Source: Candidatus Krumholzibacteriia bacterium
GTDB taxonomy: Bacteria > Krumholzibacteriota > Krumholzibacteriia > Krumholzibacteriales > Krumholzibacteriaceae
Assembly (NCBI GenBank): GCA_963836185.1
Contig: CAWIIQ010000001.1
Span: 1,024,001 to 1,088,000, forward strand
DNA: 64,000 bases
Reading direction: 5' to 3'
Positions 62,479 through 64,000 of this stretch are shown piece after piece (position 1 is the stretch's first letter; each line of letters opens with the position of its first letter). A program made the translations under genes and the position numbers. The notes under the pieces are model-generated. The model saw only the letters and a program-made list of their open reading frames with translations. It was not told the DNA's origin and did no database searches.

Positions 62479-62518
62479 GATATCAGGGCTTGACCTTGAT
62501 ATCATCAGATATTAATCT
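62479..62518 (+). promoter_or_regulatory. sigma70 promoter overlapped by an inverted repeat (candidate operator)
   Basis: TTGACC (62490-95), 17 bp, TAATCT (62513-18); GATATCAGGG-N5-CCTTGATATC (62479-62503). Confidence 0.5.
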
Positions 62519-62605
62519 CTCGCGGTAATGTAGCATCAGGCGGCCACCGATACAAGCGACCACTGCGGTGGCCATGCCTTCGCACAATGGAATCCTCGGG
62601 AGAAG

Positions 62606-63067
62606 ATGAGCGGTCAGGTCTTCAGGATAACAGAGTTGAATCCGACACTCGAGATGGAGATAGCCGGACTGCTCGAATCGGAACGCCTGGAAAACAGGTA
62701 CGCCCCGGGATGCGACCTGTTCGGAATATTTGACTCCGACGGGTCACTGGCCGGCATCACGGGTTCAAGAGAGTTCAAAACGGAATGCCTCTTGCAGTTT
62801 GTGGCGGTGAATGAAGATGAGAGGGGAGAGGGCAAAGGGACCGGGCTGGTAAGCAGGGTCCTCGCATACGCTTCGGGAAGGTGCAGCAGGGTATGGTTGC
62901 TCGCGCTGCCGGGATCAGAGGGGTATTTTGAGAGGTTCGGGTTCGAACCCGCCACGACAGACAGGCTGCCTGAGCGGATAAGGGACTCGAAGGAAGTAGC
63001 CGGGATCGAGATCGCCTCGACAAAGGTGATGACACTGAGGCTGCCGGACAGCTGGCAGGCTATCTGA
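62606..63067 (+). CDS. GNAT-family N-acetyltransferase (ArgA/ArsN2-like)
   Basis: VAV....RGEG.G..LV, YFERFGF, R.P..IR.S.E. Confidence 0.8.
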   Translation: MSGQVFRITELNPTLEMEIAGLLESERLENRYAPGCDLFGIFDSDGSLAGITGSREFKTECLLQFVAVNEDERGEGKGTGLVSRVLAYASGRCSRVWLLALPGSEGYFERFGFEPATTDRLPERIRDSKEVAGIEIASTKVMTLRLPDSWQAI

Positions 63068-63073
63068 TATACG

Positions 63074-63856
63074 ATGGGAAAACCGATGATAGACGAATAC
63101 AGCGGCTGGCCATTCACGATCTCCGCGGCGAGCGACCGCGGCTCGGTGAGGGAGAGGAACGAGGATTACTACGGCATCTTCGATCCCGAGACCGAGAAGG
63201 TGCGCGAGTCGAGAGGGGTCCTTGTCGTGGTAACGGACGGGATGGGCGGACATTTCTCCGGTGAGGAAGCGAGCAGGATGGTCGTCGAGGTGATGGGCGA
63301 CATCTATTACGCTGATTCTGAAAAGAAAAAGGACGCGGTCGAGACACTGGACCTCGCGTTCAGGGAGGCGAACAGGCGAGTCTTCAATCATGTGGGCAAC
63401 GGCAGGAATGGGACTGCCGGAACGACATGTACCGCGGTCGCGCTTTTCCCCGACAGCTACAATATTGCCCATGCCGGTGACTCGCGGGCCTACCTGGTCC
63501 GTGATGGAAAGATCGAGCAGCTCACCAGGGACCACAGCCTCGTAGGGGAGATGGTCGAGAAGGGGCTGATCGACAGGGAAGAAGCGGTCAAGCACCCTCG
63601 CCGCAACGTGCTCACCCGGGCAGTCGGGCTGAGGCACGAAGTGGCCCCGGATATCGAAAAGGGGATCTCGTTCAGGGAGGGCGACAAGATACTGCTCTGC
63701 TCCGACGGATTGTTCTCGATGGTCCCGGAAGATGAGATCGGATCGATAGTCGAGCGGAACGCCCCGAAGGAAGCATGCGGAAAACTCGTTGAAGCCGCCA
63801 TCTCATACGGCGGTGATGACAACATCACTGTCGTTGTCATCCACAAGGGCAAGTGA
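63074..63856 (+). CDS. PP2C-family Ser/Thr protein phosphatase
   Basis: G.VR..NED, DGMGG, GTT, HAGDSRAY, DHS, RNVLTRA.G, LCSDGL, GGDDNIT. Confidence 0.95.
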   Translation: MGKPMIDEYSGWPFTISAASDRGSVRERNEDYYGIFDPETEKVRESRGVLVVVTDGMGGHFSGEEASRMVVEVMGDIYYADSEKKKDAVETLDLAFREANRRVFNHVGNGRNGTAGTTCTAVALFPDSYNIAHAGDSRAYLVRDGKIEQLTRDHSLVGEMVEKGLIDREEAVKHPRRNVLTRAVGLRHEVAPDIEKGISFREGDKILLCSDGLFSMVPEDEIGSIVERNAPKEACGKLVEAAISYGGDDNITVVVIHKGK

Positions 63857-63866
63857 CTCCCGAAAA

Positions 63867-64000
63867 TCAGAAGACAACGTTAAAGGCAGCGCCGAGCGCC
63901 GCCTGGCCATCGTAATCGAGCTCGACGAAGATATGGTAGTCGTCGGTCAGCCAGATCTTCGTCCCGCCCCGCAGCAGCAGATTCATATCGGCCGAATCGC
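63867..64000 (-). CDS. C-terminal fragment of a probable outer-membrane beta-barrel protein (start beyond window)
   Basis: ...LLLRGGTKIWLTDDYHIFVELDYDGQAALGAAFNVVF*, ending in a terminal Phe beta-signal. Confidence 0.5.
   Translation of the reverse strand, partial: DSADMNLLLRGGTKIWLTDDYHIFVELDYDGQAALGAAFNVVF

Noticed and set aside
62569-62585. GG-N10-GC (TGGCCATGCCTTCGCA) upstream of the GNAT gene
   Set aside because: Poor match at both halves, and a good sigma70 promoter already exists upstream.

Overview
Mostly housekeeping DNA from a GC-rich (roughly 60%) diderm bacterium. PorX/PorY-like genes, T9SS/FlgD-type C-terminal domains, a C-terminal SWGAIK motif and LptD suggest an FCB-superphylum lineage such as Krumholzibacteriota or Latescibacterota (inference). 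The window contains a polysaccharide cluster (rfbB, wecB, flippase, wecA-like); a run of hemC-like, serS, porY/porX-like, tsaE, tsaB, rimI and PNP; accD, folC, ROK, a very long lptD and HU; secreted proteins; acyl-CoA dehydrogenase, LytS/LytTR, lpdA and an M16 peptidase; ferredoxin-selD; queH and an M23 peptidase; mrfB/mrfA; sdhCDAB; glycosylasparaginase; pyrE; glycan-related secreted proteins; TPR proteins; glpX-like; rarA; HAD, GNAT and PP2C. The main hidden signal is two UGA-recoded selenoproteins that the ORF track truncates: SelD (UGA 38116-38118) and an exported lipoprotein fusing a UshA-like domain to a tetraheme cytochrome c (UGA 20427-20429, A-G-U instead of the usual C-G-U). Also notable are four sigma54-type promoters in front of TPR, DUF4388, pilin-like and pseudo-kinase genes; a predicted ~1310-aa LptD with tandem OstA domains and a FliD/flagellin-like loop insertion; several catalytically degenerate enzymes; and about 14 single-base frameshifts that look like long-read consensus errors. 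I saw no rRNA, tRNA, CRISPR array or mobile element.
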